35,490 nucleotides of DNA from Candidatus Nanopelagicales bacterium (GCA_021741845.1 JAIOWY010000003.1:1-35490), one strand, 5' to 3'; shown: positions 9,438-17,498, numbered from the stretch's first letter. The notes: generated by a model from the sequence alone, not told the origin. Made by a program: numbers and translations.

Positions 9438-9715
9438 AACTTTTTGCCGGTTATCTCGATCATTTTCGGGCGGATATCTAGCAGGTAAATCAACGAAACA
9501 ATTGTTCCGGCAATTCCAAAAATGGACATGGTCAGATTCGGTGCCAATCCGGCTACCAAGGACACGGCGGTTAACGCAACCCACAACATTTTGGTTTGCC
9601 GTCCCAGGTAAGGGAAATAGTCGGCGGGCCGCCGCACGCAATCAACGAGCGCAAACGCCTTAACGGCCAGCAGTATTGCCCACAGCACCAGAACAACCAG
9701 ACCGTCAAGACCCAT
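9434..9715 (-). CDS. DUF2516 family small membrane protein (Rv0476-like)
   Basis: FALVDCVRRPADYF...QTKMLW...IYLLDIRP. Leaderless layout TAGCAT-N6-ATG. Confidence 0.85.
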   Translation of the reverse strand: MGLDGLVVLVLWAILLAVKAFALVDCVRRPADYFPYLGRQTKMLWVALTAVSLVAGLAPNLTMSIFGIAGTIVSLIYLLDIRPKMIEITGKKF

Positions 9716-9736
9716 GCTGAAATGCTAACTGACAGC

Positions 9737-9767
9737 CGCGAGCCCCGCCTTATCGGCAGGGCTCGCG
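9737..9767 (-). terminator. GC-rich hairpin downstream of the repeat-protein gene
   Basis: Minus strand CGCGAGCCCTGCC-GATAA-GGCGGGGCTCGCG forms a 13-bp stem with one G-U pair (a mismatch on the plus strand). No U-tract. Confidence 0.7.
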
Positions 9768-9803
9768 ACGTGAAATTAAGAGTGAGACGAAGTAATTGCG
9801 CTA

Positions 9804-10130
9804 CTAAACGCCGACTGCCTCACGGACCAAGGTGACGGTGTGTGCAGCGCTATTACGCACCTTTGTCGCCGTCTGTGTCGCGGTCAGCAGGGTCTCTGAC
9901 GCCATGTTCTTCACCGTGTCCGCCACCTCAGTAAAGGATGTGCGGTCCACCGAGGGAAATTCCACGGAGGGCATCTCGAACTTCGGCATGTCGAATTTGG
10001 GCAGCTCAACCTTGGGCATCTCGACCTTGGGTAACTCGAAGTGAGGGAGTTCTACGGCGGGGATAGTGATACCGAAGAAAGTCTTCTTAGTCTCGGTGGT
10101 CATGTTCTCGTCCATTGTGTTCTCGTCCAT
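9804..10130 (-). CDS. Hypothetical pentapeptide-repeat protein in the hbhA position (phasin-like?)
   Basis: SD GAGGA/AAGGA, starts 2 nt after the XRE stop, and is followed by a terminator hairpin. Contains eight [IVF][TED][ILMF]Px repeats followed by an amphipathic Thr/Ala helix. Confidence 0.75.
   Translation of the reverse strand: MDENTMDENMTTETKKTFFGITIPAVELPHFELPKVEMPKVELPKFDMPKFEMPSVEFPSVDRTSFTEVADTVKNMASETLLTATQTATKVRNSAAHTVTLVREAVGV
9951..10070 (-). repeat. Eight imperfect 15-bp coding tandem repeats
   Basis: ITIPA VELPH FELPK VEMPK VELPK FDMPK FEMPS VEFPS. A second 15-bp duplication (MDENT MDENM) lies at 10101-10130. Confidence 0.85.
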
Positions 10131-10132
10131 TG

Positions 10133-10531
10133 TTATTCCTTGTCCTCGTGATGTGTTTCTGCTGGAGCGGAAGGGTCGTCTTTGTGTGCCGCTGCGTTCT
10201 CCGCCTGGAAGGCCGCGTAAATCTGAAGCAGGGTGGTGCGTTGTCTCTCGGAGATGGTGCGATCTGAGGCAATGGCCGAGGTGACCGCGTCATCTCCGGC
10301 CCGCTCACTCAATATGCCGGCTTGGACATACAACGTCTCCGCGGAAATACGTAAGCCCTGAGCAATGCGGCCCAAAATCTCCGCACTGGGCTTGCGCAGT
10401 CCCCGCTCCACCTGACTGAGATAGGGATTCGACACCTCAGCAGCTTTAGCTAATTGTCGAATCGACATCTCTGCTTGGTCGCGTTGTTCTCGGATAAATG
10501 CTCCGAGTCCGCTGACATCTATTCCGGCCAT
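10133..10531 (-). CDS. XRE-family HTH regulator (Rv0474-like)
   Basis: LGAFIREQR...SIRQLAKAAEVSNPYLSQVERGLRKPSAEIL..IA.GLRISAETLYVQAGIL. Leaderless layout CATACT-N6-ATG. Confidence 0.92.
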   Translation of the reverse strand: MAGIDVSGLGAFIREQRDQAEMSIRQLAKAAEVSNPYLSQVERGLRKPSAEILGRIAQGLRISAETLYVQAGILSERAGDDAVTSAIASDRTISERQRTTLLQIYAAFQAENAAAHKDDPSAPAETHHEDKE

Positions 10532-10552
10532 GGCACCAGTATGCCGGTAAGT

Positions 10553-10568
10553 GCTTGCAAATGCAAGC
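10553..10568. promoter_or_regulatory. Palindromic operator candidate upstream of the XRE gene
   Basis: GCTTGCA-AA-TGCAAGC has perfect 7-bp arms and overlaps the expected -35 of the XRE promoter. Confidence 0.65.
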
Positions 10569-10601
10569 GGAGACGCTAGCGGGAGTTAGCGTGCCGATAT
10601 T

Positions 10602-11777
10602 TCACCACGACACCACCAGGATCGCCGTGACCACGCTCAGATTGAGTGCCAGGCCGAGCAGGGGGACCCCCCAGCGGATCCCTCGGCCCACGGGCGCGTG
10701 GGCGTACGCAATTCTCGACATGCTGGAAAGGTGAATGACTCCGTAATACCCCAGCACAAAGATCGCCGACAGCGCCAGATTGATGCTGATGGATCCAGCG
10801 AGGGTCACACCCACGAGAATGACCGCGACCCCCGCCTCGGCCACCACCGGAACTCGTCTGTTGTTCACCACTCCCCACCTCCGGGGCAGGTGACCACCGA
10901 GGGACATGGCGCCGACCATGCGCCCCATGCCGGCCAGCAGGGCGAACAGGGCAGACCCTGCCGCTAGGGCGGCTGCCGCACTGATGGCAAAACCCGGGTA
11001 GTGCACTTCCCGGGCGAGGTATTCCACGGGAGCGATCCACTCCATGGAGTCGGGAAAGCTGATGAGTGCCATGGCGGTCCCTGAGTACAGCACCAGCACG
11101 ACCACAAGACTCACACCCATGGCTCGGGGGATGGTTCGCTGAGGTTGCTCGACATCAGAACCCATCACCGCTATGCGCGCATACCCAGCGAATGCCACAA
11201 AGAGAATGCCGGCACCCGCCAGAACACCTACCGGGCCCTGCGGCGACTTGAGTGCAGCGAAGTCTGGCTCAGGCGACTGGAGTGATGTCACGACGAGAAG
11301 GCTGAGCAGCACAGTGAGTACACCGCTTAAGAGGATTACCATGGCCCGGACGGAATAGCGAACGCCCATTGCGTTGATCAGAAATACCAGACCAATGCTC
11401 GCGACTGCGACCCATTTCTGATGCTCCGGGAGTACGTAGACACCGATCGCTAAGGCGGCGGCGGAGGCAGAAGCGGCTTTACCCACGAGGAAGAACCATC
11501 CGGCTAATTGCCCCGCCACCGGACTGACGCATTCCCGACCGTAGACGTACCCACCGCCACCCACGGGAAAAATGCGCGCCATGCGCGCATTGGACAATGC
11601 GTTGAAACTTGCCACACCTGCAGCAATCAACAATGCCAGTAACAGCCAGGACCCCGCGTAGTGATACGCGGGATTCCAAGCAACGAACACACCTGTACCC
11701 ACCATGGCGGCAACACCAACGACGGTGGCGGGGAACAGCGTGAGCAATCGGGTGGGTTGCGCCGCCACCTGGATCAC
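10602..11777 (-). CDS. APC-family amino acid permease
   Basis: MVGTGVF, GGGYVYGR, FVAFAGYARIA and PQRTIPRA, with many hydrophobic helices. 4-nt overlap with the asparaginase stop. Confidence 0.88.
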   Translation of the reverse strand: MIQVAAQPTRLLTLFPATVVGVAAMVGTGVFVAWNPAYHYAGSWLLLALLIAAGVASFNALSNARMARIFPVGGGGYVYGRECVSPVAGQLAGWFFLVGKAASASAAALAIGVYVLPEHQKWVAVASIGLVFLINAMGVRYSVRAMVILLSGVLTVLLSLLVVTSLQSPEPDFAALKSPQGPVGVLAGAGILFVAFAGYARIAVMGSDVEQPQRTIPRAMGVSLVVVLVLYSGTAMALISFPDSMEWIAPVEYLAREVHYPGFAISAAAALAAGSALFALLAGMGRMVGAMSLGGHLPRRWGVVNNRRVPVVAEAGVAVILVGVTLAGSISINLALSAIFVLGYYGVIHLSSMSRIAYAHAPVGRGIRWGVPLLGLALNLSVVTAILVVSW

Positions 11778-12766
11778 CCGCTAGTGATCAATGAATGAAC
11801 AGATCCCACTTGGTGGCCACCGCCAAGAAGTGGTTGATGCAGATAGTCCTCGAACAGTGATGCAGGGAAACCCATGGTGACCAGCAGCCCGGCCATGGCG
11901 GCATTGCGACCGCGGTCGGAACCGTCTTCCATCTTCAGGGCCACCGCCCGACCGTCCTCTGTCGCGGCCACGTACACACCTTCCGCTCCGTCCTTGGCGA
12001 GCAAACCGGGAATGCGCTGCATGAAGTGCGTGACGTCACGGCGCGTGCCCCCGACGTATTCCGGGTGGTGACGCATGGCGTCGGCCACCGTGCGCGCAGG
12101 TTCACCTGGGTCAGCGGTCACCGCGCTGTGCGCAATCCGAGCCAACCCCGGCAACGTGAGTGCCATGACGGGTGCGCCACAGCCGTCGGTGCCTACCACC
12201 ATGACCTTCTCGCCGGAGAGGTCTTCTAACTCAGCTCGAATGGCTACCTGCAGCGGATGCTCACTATGCAGGTAATGAGATGTGTCCCACCCATTGATCA
12301 CACACGTCGCCAGCATGCCTGCGTGCTTACCGGAGCAGTTCATGAGGATGGGTGCTGGATCTTCACCGCGCGCAATACACGCCGTCCGCTCCACCGGGTC
12401 GAGGGGATAGTCCGGCGGTGTCAGCAGCGCCGCGGGGGTAAGTCCCGCGGTGGACAGGATCTCAAGTACACCCGCAACGTGAAAGTCCTCGGCGGAGTGA
12501 GATGCGGCGGTCAGCGCCTGAAGGTGGGGCGGCAGGGTCAACCCCAGCCGTGCCATGGCGGTTGCCTGCGCGATTTTGTTCGAGGACCGAGGGAAAAAGA
12601 TATCTGTGGTACTTCCCCACGACTGCTCAATGGATCGATCCCGGTTCAGGATCACCGCATGTCCAAAAAAGACACCCTCGAGCAGTCCACTGCGGGTATA
12701 GCCGGCGAGCGGAACCGCACTCATGCGAATTCCCGCTCCTGATGGGCCACCCTGAGTCACCGACAC
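11774..12766 (-). CDS. L-asparaginase II (Rhizobium etli-type, class 3)
   Basis: PRSSNK, NCSGKHAGML, DGCGAP, AKDGAEGV and KMEDGSDR. Start is GTG 12766 (CATGAT-N6-GTG) or ATG 12724. The ORF-track start inside dtd is rejected. Confidence 0.88.
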   Translation of the reverse strand: MSVTQGGPSGAGIRMSAVPLAGYTRSGLLEGVFFGHAVILNRDRSIEQSWGSTTDIFFPRSSNKIAQATAMARLGLTLPPHLQALTAASHSAEDFHVAGVLEILSTAGLTPAALLTPPDYPLDPVERTACIARGEDPAPILMNCSGKHAGMLATCVINGWDTSHYLHSEHPLQVAIRAELEDLSGEKVMVVGTDGCGAPVMALTLPGLARIAHSAVTADPGEPARTVADAMRHHPEYVGGTRRDVTHFMQRIPGLLAKDGAEGVYVAATEDGRAVALKMEDGSDRGRNAAMAGLLVTMGFPASLFEDYLHQPLLGGGHQVGSVHSLITSG

Positions 12767-12791
12767 CCGCTGATCATGGCACGCTGCACCC

Positions 12792-13271
12792 ATGCGAGCG
12801 ATAGTGCAGCGGGCAATTGACGGTTCCGTGAGCGTGAATTCGGAAATTATTGGGGAATTTACTGGACCGGGCTTGGTGATCCTGGTTGGAGTTACCCACA
12901 CCGACACCCACGCGACAGCCGTGAAGCTCGCCGACAAAATCCATGGGTTACGGATCTTCGATCACGAATTCATTCGACCCTTTGACCAGGTATGTGTTCC
13001 CCCCAATTCACCGCGGGAGTTGAGCCTGGGGGAACTGGGATTACCCGTCGTGGTGATCAGCCAATTCACCCTGTACGGATCAACAAAGAAGGGACGACGC
13101 CCCACGTGGGATGCCGCCGCTCCCGGACCCGTTGCCGAACCACTCGTGGACGCTGTCGCTCAACGGTTTCGCGAATTAGGCACAAAAGTCGCGACCGGAA
13201 AATTTGGAGCGGACATGCAGGTGTCGCTGATTAATTCGGGCCCCATGACGTTGATTGTTGACGTGGAATAA
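12792..13271 (+). CDS. dtd: D-aminoacyl-tRNA deacylase
   Basis: MRAIVQR, LRIF, SQFTL, KGRRP and FGADMQVSLINSGP. Confidence 0.95.
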   Translation: MRAIVQRAIDGSVSVNSEIIGEFTGPGLVILVGVTHTDTHATAVKLADKIHGLRIFDHEFIRPFDQVCVPPNSPRELSLGELGLPVVVISQFTLYGSTKKGRRPTWDAAAPGPVAEPLVDAVAQRFRELGTKVATGKFGADMQVSLINSGPMTLIVDVE

Positions 13272-13274
13272 CAC

Positions 13275-14324
13275 CTAGTCCTTACCGGCCAGCACAACTT
13301 CCTGACTGGCGGTAATGATGGAGTCACCGTGCACAACATGAAGTTCCTGATCAAGGGGAACAGACCGTTTGATCACTGCCGTTGCAATCGGACCCAGTTC
13401 ATAATGCCGCGCGGGCGTGCCAATAAATCCGACCGCTTTCCCGTCAGCGGTGAGGACGGCGTCACCGTGCACGGGCAACCCATGTTCACTGCCATCGAGA
13501 TGCAAGAGCACTAAGCGCCGCGGCGGGTGGCCCATGTTGTGCACGCGCGCCACTGTTTCTTGGCCGCGATAACACCCTTTGGACAGGTGTACACCGGGGC
13601 CGATCCACCCGATCTCATGCGGCAATGTCTTATGGTCGGTCTCCCACCCAAGCTGTGGGACTGCGGCGGCAGCCCGCAGTGCGTGATAAGCCCATGTACC
13701 TGCACGTTCCGGGAAAACAGCAATTCGTGACGCGAGGTCAGCGCGTGGAATCACCACAAGACGGCCACGGAAAAATTCGGGTCGTTGCACAACGTACTTC
13801 TCGGCCGTGCCTCCACGGTCAGCTCCGGACTCCGTCACTCCGGCACCGGCGAATTCCGCAGGAGTCAACCAGGTGGGGTACTGCTGATCGATCTCGCGCA
13901 CTGGTTCCCACACCACTCCGAACTCACTGCTGCGATCAGCAACTTCCACCCGCATCATGAACCGCATGGAATCCAAATACGCAGTCAGCGACTCAGCCAT
14001 GCCCGGTGGCGTGATGATCCACGTGGAGTAGCCGTCGTCCACAATGTGCATCTCCTGCTCCACATGACCATGTGGGCTCAGTATCAGTGCCGTGATGGAC
14101 ACACCGGGGAGCAACGACTCCATGTGTGCAGTGGTCAAACTGTGTAACCAGGTCAAACGATCAGGACCGGTCACCGTGATCACACCCCAGTGCGAGAGAT
14201 CTACTGCTGCATTCCCCTGCAGCAATGACCGCTGTTCCCGGTGCGGATCGCCGTAATGCCAAGGCACACCACTGTCGGGATCGCCATCCGGTGCGGGAAT
14301 CGCTGTGAACACTGCAGTGGTCAT
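13275..14324 (-). CDS. ygfZ: YgfZ/CAF17-like folate-binding Fe-S maturation protein
   Basis: WHYGDP, GPDRLTWLHSLTT and the KGCYRGQETVARV signature. ATGA overlap with the nur stop. Confidence 0.92.
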   Translation of the reverse strand: MTTAVFTAIPAPDGDPDSGVPWHYGDPHREQRSLLQGNAAVDLSHWGVITVTGPDRLTWLHSLTTAHMESLLPGVSITALILSPHGHVEQEMHIVDDGYSTWIITPPGMAESLTAYLDSMRFMMRVEVADRSSEFGVVWEPVREIDQQYPTWLTPAEFAGAGVTESGADRGGTAEKYVVQRPEFFRGRLVVIPRADLASRIAVFPERAGTWAYHALRAAAAVPQLGWETDHKTLPHEIGWIGPGVHLSKGCYRGQETVARVHNMGHPPRRLVLLHLDGSEHGLPVHGDAVLTADGKAVGFIGTPARHYELGPIATAVIKRSVPLDQELHVVHGDSIITASQEVVLAGKD

Positions 14325-14749
14325 GTACCCACTGTGCCGGATGAACACGAATCGCACAATCCCGTGACCGCCATATGGGTCATGGCCGGCGTGAATCCAT
14401 AGGTTTCTTCCAGATCAGCGGCAAACTCACTCGCCGCTGCCGCGGGAATGCTGATCACCTCAGCGCACGAGTCACAGACCAGATGTATGTGGGGCGACTG
14501 CTCCTTGGAATGGTAAACGGGGGAACCGTGCCCTATGTGGGTGTGGGTAATGAGTCCAACACTTTCCAGAACCTCGAGGGTTCGGTACACCGTGGACAGG
14601 TTTACCCCACTGGCCGTGCGTTGCACCTGCGTGAGGATCTCCTCTGGTGTTCCATGTTCGAGTGCGTTGACCGATTCCAAAACCAATTGACGTTGCGGAG
14701 TAATACGAAAACCCTGTTCCCGTAGTCTTCCCGCCCAGTCAGATGTCAC
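14321..14749 (-). CDS. nur: Fur-family metalloregulator, Nur (nickel uptake regulator)-like
   Basis: TSDW..RLR.QGFRITPQRQLVLESV..LEHGTP...STVYRTLE...THTHIGHG..YH...HIHLVCxxC...H...CxxC. Closely resembles S. coelicolor Nur as I recall it, with the same nitrobindin-nur-ygfZ-dtd context. Confidence 0.8.
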   Translation of the reverse strand: MTSDWAGRLREQGFRITPQRQLVLESVNALEHGTPEEILTQVQRTASGVNLSTVYRTLEVLESVGLITHTHIGHGSPVYHSKEQSPHIHLVCDSCAEVISIPAAAASEFAADLEETYGFTPAMTHMAVTGLCDSCSSGTVGT

Positions 14750-14751
14750 GA

Positions 14752-15285
14752 CTACTCGAAGGCCGGTCGCAACTTTGCGGATAAGTGATTTTGCATGGGT
14801 TGCTCCATGGCCGCCATGTCGAAAGTCCAAACAAGTTGGCCATCGAATAGGCCATACAGTCTCTCACCGTGCGTGTACGGCTTGGCGGATTCCGTGCGGG
14901 CAACAATGTCCGTCTTTAATTGCGCACGCGCACTCGTAATGGTCGCGTTTTCTAGCCCGAGTACCTCGGTTGTTCCAACGTACACCTCGGCGTACCCGGT
15001 CGGGTGGGAGAGAACCAACTCAACGTGATTCTGTGGGCGTGGGCGCCAGTACCCGGACTCCAGGGCTAAGGGGCGAACTCGATCGCCGTTCTCGTCGAGG
15101 AGCCAGCTACGGGAAACATAGGAAATAAAGGGACGTCCATCACACGAGAAAACAACTTCTTGGCCAAATCGAAAATCTTCAATTGTTGGATACGTTCCTA
15201 ATCCGACACCAACCCAACTGCCGAGCAGCCACGAGATCGGCATGACCTCCGGCGGTAACTCCAGCTCACTCACTGGCTCACTCAA
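14752..15285 (-). CDS. Nitrobindin / FABP-like heme beta-barrel (DUF1794, THAP4-like)
   Basis: WLLGSWVGVGLG (GxWxGxG), FGQEV, ESGYWR, RLYGL and C-terminal NHLSAKL with the putative heme-ligating His. Start is TTG 15285 or GTG 15273. Confidence 0.87.
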   Translation of the reverse strand: MSEPVSELELPPEVMPISWLLGSWVGVGLGTYPTIEDFRFGQEVVFSCDGRPFISYVSRSWLLDENGDRVRPLALESGYWRPRPQNHVELVLSHPTGYAEVYVGTTEVLGLENATITSARAQLKTDIVARTESAKPYTHGERLYGLFDGQLVWTFDMAAMEQPMQNHLSAKLRPAFE

Positions 15286-15289
15286 AGCG

Positions 15290-15391
15290 TCAGCCCTGTC
15301 CCTTGAAAAGCTTGGCCACCACATAGAAGGAGAACAATCCTGCGGCCGCGATGGCAATGATCAACAAGGACGTATAGACGATTTCCAACAT
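15290..15391 (-). CDS. 33-aa single-pass membrane microprotein (not in the ORF track)
   Basis: MLEIVYTSLLIIAIAAAGLFSFYVVAKLFKGQG*. It fills the intergenic gap and has the leaderless layout TAGGGT-N6-ATG. Confidence 0.78.
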   Translation of the reverse strand: MLEIVYTSLLIIAIAAAGLFSFYVVAKLFKGQG

Positions 15392-15400
15392 GAGTGAACC

Positions 15401-16192
15401 CTACCTGTCGGCCGCTGCTTGGGCAGTGAGCCAGGTGCCGATCTCGCTCAATGTATGAGCGCTGATGGCTGTTTCCGCGTGACCAAACCCGGGCACAAAG
15501 AGGAACTCCGCATTCGGGTTACCGGAACGCTCAGCGGCCCGTTGCAGCGCATGGGCGTGTTCCAGCGGGAAGTAGCGATCCACATCTCCGTGCACCACAA
15601 GCAGCGGCGTATCCGTCAACTGCTCCACCGCCTGTTCCGGAGACATGGGTGGTGGGTCTGGCCACGGAGTGCTCGTCACGTGGACACCTTTACCCCGCAG
15701 TGCGAGGCGACCTGACTGGGTTTCGATCAATCGATGCACAACGCGCATAATCCGCGTTCCGCGATAAAACCAAAATCCCGGCGCACTCACACTCACGACC
15801 GCCTGTGGAGCGAATTCCGGAGCCGCAAGCGCTGCCTGACGCAAGACAACCGAGCCACCCATGGAGAAACCGACGGTGGCCACCGTTCGATACCCAAAAT
15901 CACGCGCATGGGCAACGGCCGAATCAACATCGTGAATCTCGTCCATGCCCATGGTGCCCTCACCGCCACTGTCACCATGACCGCGCAAATCAATGGCGAG
16001 TACCCCTCCGTATTCGCGGAGCGCGGTGATCACTTTCTGTACATGATCCAATGTGCGGTTACCGGTGAACCCATGTGCCAGCACGATTCCCAGGGCCAGG
16101 GGGTCGCTGGACTGCTTTGCCTGGGCGTAGGTGATGTGCGTTCCCGCAATACGAACGTGATCGCGGGTGAACAGGGTGAACTCAGAACGCAC
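15401..16192 (-). CDS. Alpha/beta hydrolase
   Basis: AHGFTG, DLRGHGDS, nucleophile GFSMG, VHGDVD and GFGHAE. Confidence 0.9.
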   Translation of the reverse strand: MRSEFTLFTRDHVRIAGTHITYAQAKQSSDPLALGIVLAHGFTGNRTLDHVQKVITALREYGGVLAIDLRGHGDSGGEGTMGMDEIHDVDSAVAHARDFGYRTVATVGFSMGGSVVLRQAALAAPEFAPQAVVSVSAPGFWFYRGTRIMRVVHRLIETQSGRLALRGKGVHVTSTPWPDPPPMSPEQAVEQLTDTPLLVVHGDVDRYFPLEHAHALQRAAERSGNPNAEFLFVPGFGHAETAISAHTLSEIGTWLTAQAAADR

Positions 16193-16244
16193 GCGCCTAT
16201 CTTGTCGGGCGTGCGCCGGAGATCTGCTCTCGGGTAGGTCCCTG

Positions 16245-17039
16245 CTAGAACTCCGCGCGTATTTCCCACAGCTCAGGGAAACTGCGCGGATTTTGCAACG
16301 TTGCGTTCAAATATCCCGCACCAGAGGATCCACCGGTGCCTGGCTTCGTGCCAATGGTGCGTTCCACCATCATCACGTGACGGTAACGCCATTCCTTCAG
16401 ACTGACCTCAATGTCCACGAGTTGCTCGCACAGACTGGTGGCCGGGTGATGTGTCTTGTGCAGCTCCAGGAGAGCTTGGCGCACCTGGTCATTCGATACA
16501 TAGGGCTGAGAAAAGTCACGCTCCAACACGTCGGTGGGGATATCAAATCCGCACCAGTTCACATAACTCAGCGCTGCATCCCACAGTGACGGTTCCTGCA
16601 TGCGCTCTTCGACACGTGCACGGTTCTTGGGCAATAGATGCTGGGCAAAGTGTGGGTCCCGGCGCCCGAACACTGCCTCAACTTCGCGGAATTGCGCGGA
16701 CTGGAAACCACTGGATGACTCAAGTCTGTCGCGGAAGGCACCGAACTGCAGCGGTGTCATGGTGATCAGCACATCAATCTGACGAATGCAGACAGCGAGG
16801 ATTTGTTTAATCCTATTGAGCTTGGCCGCAGCGTCGTAACCGTCGCGCCGAGCCAATGCAGCCTTCACTGCATCAATCTCATGCAGCATCTGCTTGAACC
16901 AGAGCTCATACACCTGGTGAATCACAATAAACAACATCTCGTCATGTTCCGGGCCCTCGGAGAGCGGACGCTGAAGTTCCAATAATTCGTCCACCGCTAA
17001 GTAGCTCATGTAATTCAGTGCAGATTCTTCACTGGTCAT
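16245..17039 (-). CDS. kynA: Tryptophan 2,3-dioxygenase
   Basis: YMSYL, EHDEMLFIVIHQVYELWFKQ, SSGFQSAQFR and WRYRHVMMVERTIGTKPGTGGSSG. SD GAGGAG. Confidence 0.94.
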   Translation of the reverse strand: MTSEESALNYMSYLAVDELLELQRPLSEGPEHDEMLFIVIHQVYELWFKQMLHEIDAVKAALARRDGYDAAAKLNRIKQILAVCIRQIDVLITMTPLQFGAFRDRLESSSGFQSAQFREVEAVFGRRDPHFAQHLLPKNRARVEERMQEPSLWDAALSYVNWCGFDIPTDVLERDFSQPYVSNDQVRQALLELHKTHHPATSLCEQLVDIEVSLKEWRYRHVMMVERTIGTKPGTGGSSGAGYLNATLQNPRSFPELWEIRAEF

Positions 17040-17069
17040 GTGGTGTGACCTTCTCCTCGGGACAAGTAG

Positions 17070-17084
17070 GGATGTTCAACATCC
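17070..17084. promoter_or_regulatory. Perfect palindrome in the kynA leader (operator candidate)
   Basis: GGATGTT-C-AACATCC. The 1-nt centre is too tight for a full RNA hairpin. Confidence 0.5.
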
Positions 17085-17137
17085 AACAGGGCAGTAGCAC
17101 ACTACTCCGCTCACTTTCCTGATGCGAGGTTATAGCT

Positions 17138-17431
17138 CTATTGCACAGTCAAGAGAAGTTGCACTCGCTGATCTATGACCTCCGGAGCAGTGGACGTCAC
17201 TTCAACCACCTTGGATCGACCAGTGCCCCCGGAGACGAGGGTTATATCTGCCGGCTTCACCCCGAGGGCGTGCGCCAAAGCACGGAGTACAGCGCGAGTC
17301 GCCGCACCTTCTATTGCGCGCTCACGCACAGCCACAATGAGGGCACCGGTGTCCCCATAACTGCCGCCCACATATTCGCGGGAAGCACCGGGTTTCACCC
17401 GAATGGGAATGCGTACACCGCGATCATTCAC
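17138..17431 (-). CDS. DUF167 / YggU family protein
   Basis: IRVKPGASR, VAVRERAIEGAAT and ITLVSGGTGRSK. Start GTG 17431 from TACCAT-N6-GTG. Confidence 0.85.
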   Translation of the reverse strand: MNDRGVRIPIRVKPGASREYVGGSYGDTGALIVAVRERAIEGAATRAVLRALAHALGVKPADITLVSGGTGRSKVVEVTSTAPEVIDQRVQLLLTVQ

Positions 17432-17450
17432 CCTCCCATGGTAGGAGTGT

Positions 17451-17498
17451 TCCGTGCGGATTAGCACCTCGATATCCGTGCGGAGCAGCACCTATATA
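17451..17498. repeat. Two tandem 24-bp repeats, each opening with the palindrome TCCG-TG-CGGA
   Basis: tccgtgcggattagcacctcgata / tccgtgcggagcagcacctatata, 20 of 24 positions identical. Confidence 0.8.

Noticed and set aside
9951-10130. 15-bp repeats as a CRISPR array or non-coding VNTR
   Set aside because: There are no spacers and no cas genes. The repeats are in frame and vary mostly by synonymous or conservative changes, so they are protein-level repeats.
15392-15400. Single GGTTCAC (minus strand) before the microprotein as a PHO box
   Set aside because: No convincing second unit in 11-nt phase, and it is explained as the -10 plus spacer of a leaderless promoter.
17040-17137. Riboswitch or Trp attenuator in the kynA leader
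   Set aside because: No recognisable aptamer or Trp-codon leader peptide by eye. An Rfam cmscan would be needed to exclude it fully.
17451-17498. 24-bp repeats as a mini-CRISPR or att site
   Set aside because: The copies are directly adjacent with no spacer, and no integrase, tRNA or cas gene is nearby.
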